A stretch of DNA of 64,000 bases from Callorhinchus milii (taxonomy: Eukaryota): assembly GCF_018977255.1 (NCBI RefSeq), contig NW_024704870.1, forward strand, positions 1 to 64,000. The letters run 5' to 3'. Made by a program: the position numbers and the translations under genes. This document shows positions 61,113-64,000 of the stretch, piece by piece (positions within the stretch are counted from its first letter, which is position 1; every line of letters begins with the position of its first letter). Below the pieces are notes generated by a model. It did not search any database. It saw only the letters and a program-made list of their open reading frames with translations, and was not told where the DNA came from.

Positions 61113-61465
61113 CACAGTGACACAGCTCTGATTCTACAAGGTGCAAAAACTGTTCCATCGAGTCATGGTTTAATCCTGGCACCAAAACAAGCAAATGCAG
61201 ACAAATTGTTAATAAATTCCTATACTTATACCACAGTCCCATTTGTATAATATTCGTTTGTCCAAATCATGCTTATTTTCAGTAAGTTTTCCACATAAAC
61301 ACAGTCAAAGCGCAAAGACCGAAGAACATTTTTCTGCAAATAATTCTACAAAATATGTGGAAATAATTAATATTGAAAGCTAACTTTCGATACTTTCTGG
61401 AGCACAAAACAGGACAATGTTAGCGATGATCACGTCTCATGTATTTCCGTAAAAATTAGCAGTTC

Positions 61466-61536
61466 GGTAATTGTGCTGATGTTTTCCAATGTGGCTTCCC
61501 CAGTCAAGCACAATGTTTAATAAGAACACAAAAACA
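61466..61536 (-). other. NAR-TCR D segment, cassette B (15-nt core 61494-61508), 12/12 RSSs
   Basis: Core CTTGACTGGGGAAGC (minus strand). J-side RSS CACATTG-12-ACAATTACC; V-side RSS CACAATG-12-ACAAAAACA. Confidence 0.9.
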
Positions 61537-61898
61537 CAGGTTTGCAAAACAATTCAAATGATTTCGGCTATTTATAAATGATCAATTAATCACATAACGT
61601 GTAACATTCTTTTGAATATTTTCTCAGTAAATTTGCATGCCGTCTGTCCCTTGCAATAATTTATAAGGTATATGAATCCAAACAACGTAGTAACTTCAGA
61701 TTGATACACACTCACTTTTCCTAAGTATTCATAACTGACAGTCGCTGCTTAAAGGAAGTATTCTTAAACATAGCTGCACATCACACACGAATGAGGAACA
61801 TGCACTGAACTCATCGGCAATTTCACATTCTCTGTGTTTTTCCTGTGAGTTGGTGACGGGGCTTTTTGTATTGTTGGAAGCCCAGATACGGCATTGTG

Positions 61899-62183
61899 TT
61901 ACTCCAGTCATATCGAGCTCTACAGTTATAATCAGCGCTGTCTTCAACTTGCAAGTCATTGATTTCCAGAGAAGAGGACCACGATCCCATGTCTGTCTTC
62001 ACAACAAACCGTCCTTCACGAGGAATGGGCTTCCAATTTCTTTCATTTGGAAACCGCCTATAAAACTCCATACTTTTGAATTTGCTTAGAAAGCTTGCTG
62101 AGAAGACGCAGTTGATGGTTAGAGACTCGCATTCTTCTCTTCTAATAGAGGATGGCGTCTGTTTACTGAGGCGCTGAAAACAT
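61899..62183 (-). pseudogene. NAR-type V exon, cassette B, with a 1-nt FR1 deletion; RSS at 61861-61898
   Basis: gta aa- cag versus gta aag cag in cassette A. The restored frame gives QTPSSIRREECESLTINCVF...MEFYRR...EDSADYNCRARY. RSS CACAATG-22-ACAAAAAGC. An assembly error cannot be excluded. Confidence 0.85.
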
Positions 62184-62567
62184 CTGAGAAATTATGCACA
62201 ATATTACATCAGTTTAACAGATTTTCAACGTTGACCACTGCTATTACAATTTCAGTGCAACTTTTGGTTTTATCTCCCTTGATATCAGTTGATATAATAT
62301 ACTCAGGATTATGTAGTATCATTATTATATTAATTAATAATATGATTATAATATATAATAACAAAAGTAAAATAATTGCCTGTCGCGTTTCGCCCATCAA
62401 AATACTAAGTTATTTCAGTACAAAATTATTATTTGAAGCGATTTGAGACGTCCCATCCACATCATAACGCTATACATCAATTACAAGGATTAATTTGTAG
62501 TGTAGTTACAGTACTGATGACATTCACTGGTGCTGTGAAGTGCTGTGTTGTGGAAACAACCACTTAC

Positions 62568-62610
62568 ATTGTAAGAAGAGGAAGGAGATGGAGACACAGA
62601 GAAGAGACAT
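62568..62610 (-). CDS. Leader exon of NAR V, cassette B (MSLLCVSISFLFLQ)
   Basis: ATG and phase-1 donor GTAAGT; paralog of 50202-50244. Confidence 0.88.
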
Positions 62611-63393
62611 CCTCTCACGCTGGGAGATACCGTCAGCCCCGGACACCTCAGAGTGACTGTAGGTAACACAGGGCTGTTCTGTAAGAGCGTTGGAGACTTG
62701 GTTTTTTATGATGAACAGCGTCACATCATGGCTGGTGTCAGCGGCTTTGAGGGTGGGAGGGGTGTGGTTCGGGGGTGGAGGGAGAAGAACATACATGAGG
62801 AAGGGGACTGACTCACTGTGCCGAGAGCAATGGGCAGAGAGGGGATTTGGGATGACTGTTCGAGGCTCATTTAGGTTTAAATGGACAACTGACGGGGAAG
62901 CCAACGAGATGGAGTATAACCTGTCACTGTGAAGGGACAAAGGCTGTGTGATGTAGAGAGGGACTTCACTGAGAATTGGGAATGACACAGAAATAAACTA
63001 TTTACACACCTTTGATCTTGGAGTGAGTTCTATTGAAGTGACCAGCAGCAGGACGGGGAAGCCGGTCAATGCAGCAGTGAGATAGTGAGATATGTGATGA
63101 TGGGTAAGAAGGAGGAGGGAGAAATAGGGGTAAAGGAGTATGTGTTGGGTGATATATATTTCGTGGGGATTGAAGGGTGACAAGGAGATGAAGGGCTGCG
63201 GGGACATGGAGGAGGAAGAGAAGGCAGCGAAATGATGATTACTATTCAGCATATCATGTGAAGTGGTTTACAACGACTTAACGTTATGGTAATTCACTTT
63301 ATGATAATAATAATTATTCTCATTGTTATTAATTCACTTTGTTACATACAACCATTATTATTAATAACTAATGTCTCGGACTATCTGGTCCAC

Positions 63394-63449
<56 letters not shown>

Positions 63450-63854
63450 TTCGCTGGCTCTCTTTATTTAGATCCTCAGGAAATTTTCCTGCTGCACACA
63501 CACATCCACACAAACACAAATATACACATACACAAAACAAACACACACACACACATATACACAAACCCAGACACACACCCTCTGTTTAGCGGTAAGCACA
63601 AATCTGCATATTTTTCGAATGTTGGACCGCTTTGTCTACAATGTAATAATGATAATAATTTGATTACTTAATCCACGACTGTGTAGAGGAAGCGGCCTAT
63701 GTTTTTCCTTTTCGCTTAAAAAACAATCATTACCCTTTGCAGCATGTTCGGTGAAAAGTTTTGGGGCGTCTCGTTGACGTGATGAGACGCTGTGTAAAAT
63801 GCAATGAATGTTATTTTTATTAAGTCCTTTCACGCAGGTCCTTGGTTTTGAGCA

Positions 63855-64000
63855 CGTAACGTGAATATTTCGCACTATAAATTGTGGCTGTTGTCTGGGT
63901 AATGTCGGTACCAGAAGAGATAGTAATAGCTTTCATTCGTGGAATAGGTACATTCAAAAGTCACGTTCCTCCCACTTTCTTAAGCATCACGGCACCTTTC
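63855..64000 (-). pseudogene. 3'-truncated V pseudogene, paralog of the 52.3 kb V (runs off the window end)
   Basis: Matches 52470-52615. FR3 and RSS are missing, the FR1 frameshift is shared, and there are additional 1-nt deletions. Confidence 0.85.

Noticed and set aside
61631-61638. Octamer ATTTGCAT in the V-D spacer of cassette B
   Set aside because: Not conserved in cassette A (CTTTGCAT) and not at a promoter position.

Overview
Cartilaginous-fish genomic DNA. The evidence is NAR-type V segments and a tRNA-Deu-L2 SINE / L2 / CR1 repeat landscape; the species cannot be fixed from sequence. Three gene systems are present. (1) 14.7-32.3 kb, + strand: a multi-exon type-I membrane receptor with a split leader (28-nt + 36-nt exons), one group-B SRCR domain, three tandem C2-type Ig domains, a TM exon and short cytoplasmic exons, all joined by in-frame phase-1 GT-AG introns. 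(2) 38.9-40.7 kb, + strand: an intact two-exon class A orphan GPCR (GPR139/142-like, about 328 aa). (3) 44.8-64 kb, - strand: the edge of a TCR alpha/delta V array built from a ~11-12.6 kb tandem duplication. Each copy carries a NAR-TCR cassette (leader, NAR-type V with 22-nt RSS, one 12/12 D, 23-RSS J, leaderless supporting Vdelta with a CDR1 Cys) interspersed with conventional TCR V genes and pseudogenes. No TCR D/J/C exons were found in the window, so these V RSSs face the GPCR and the SRCR-Ig gene. The rest is microsatellite, a diverged tandem module array (4.5-14.1 kb), a ~6 kb GAGCACAG satellite inside the receptor gene, SINEs, L2/CR1 LINEs and two N gaps. All coordinates were read by hand; repeat boundaries are approximate.
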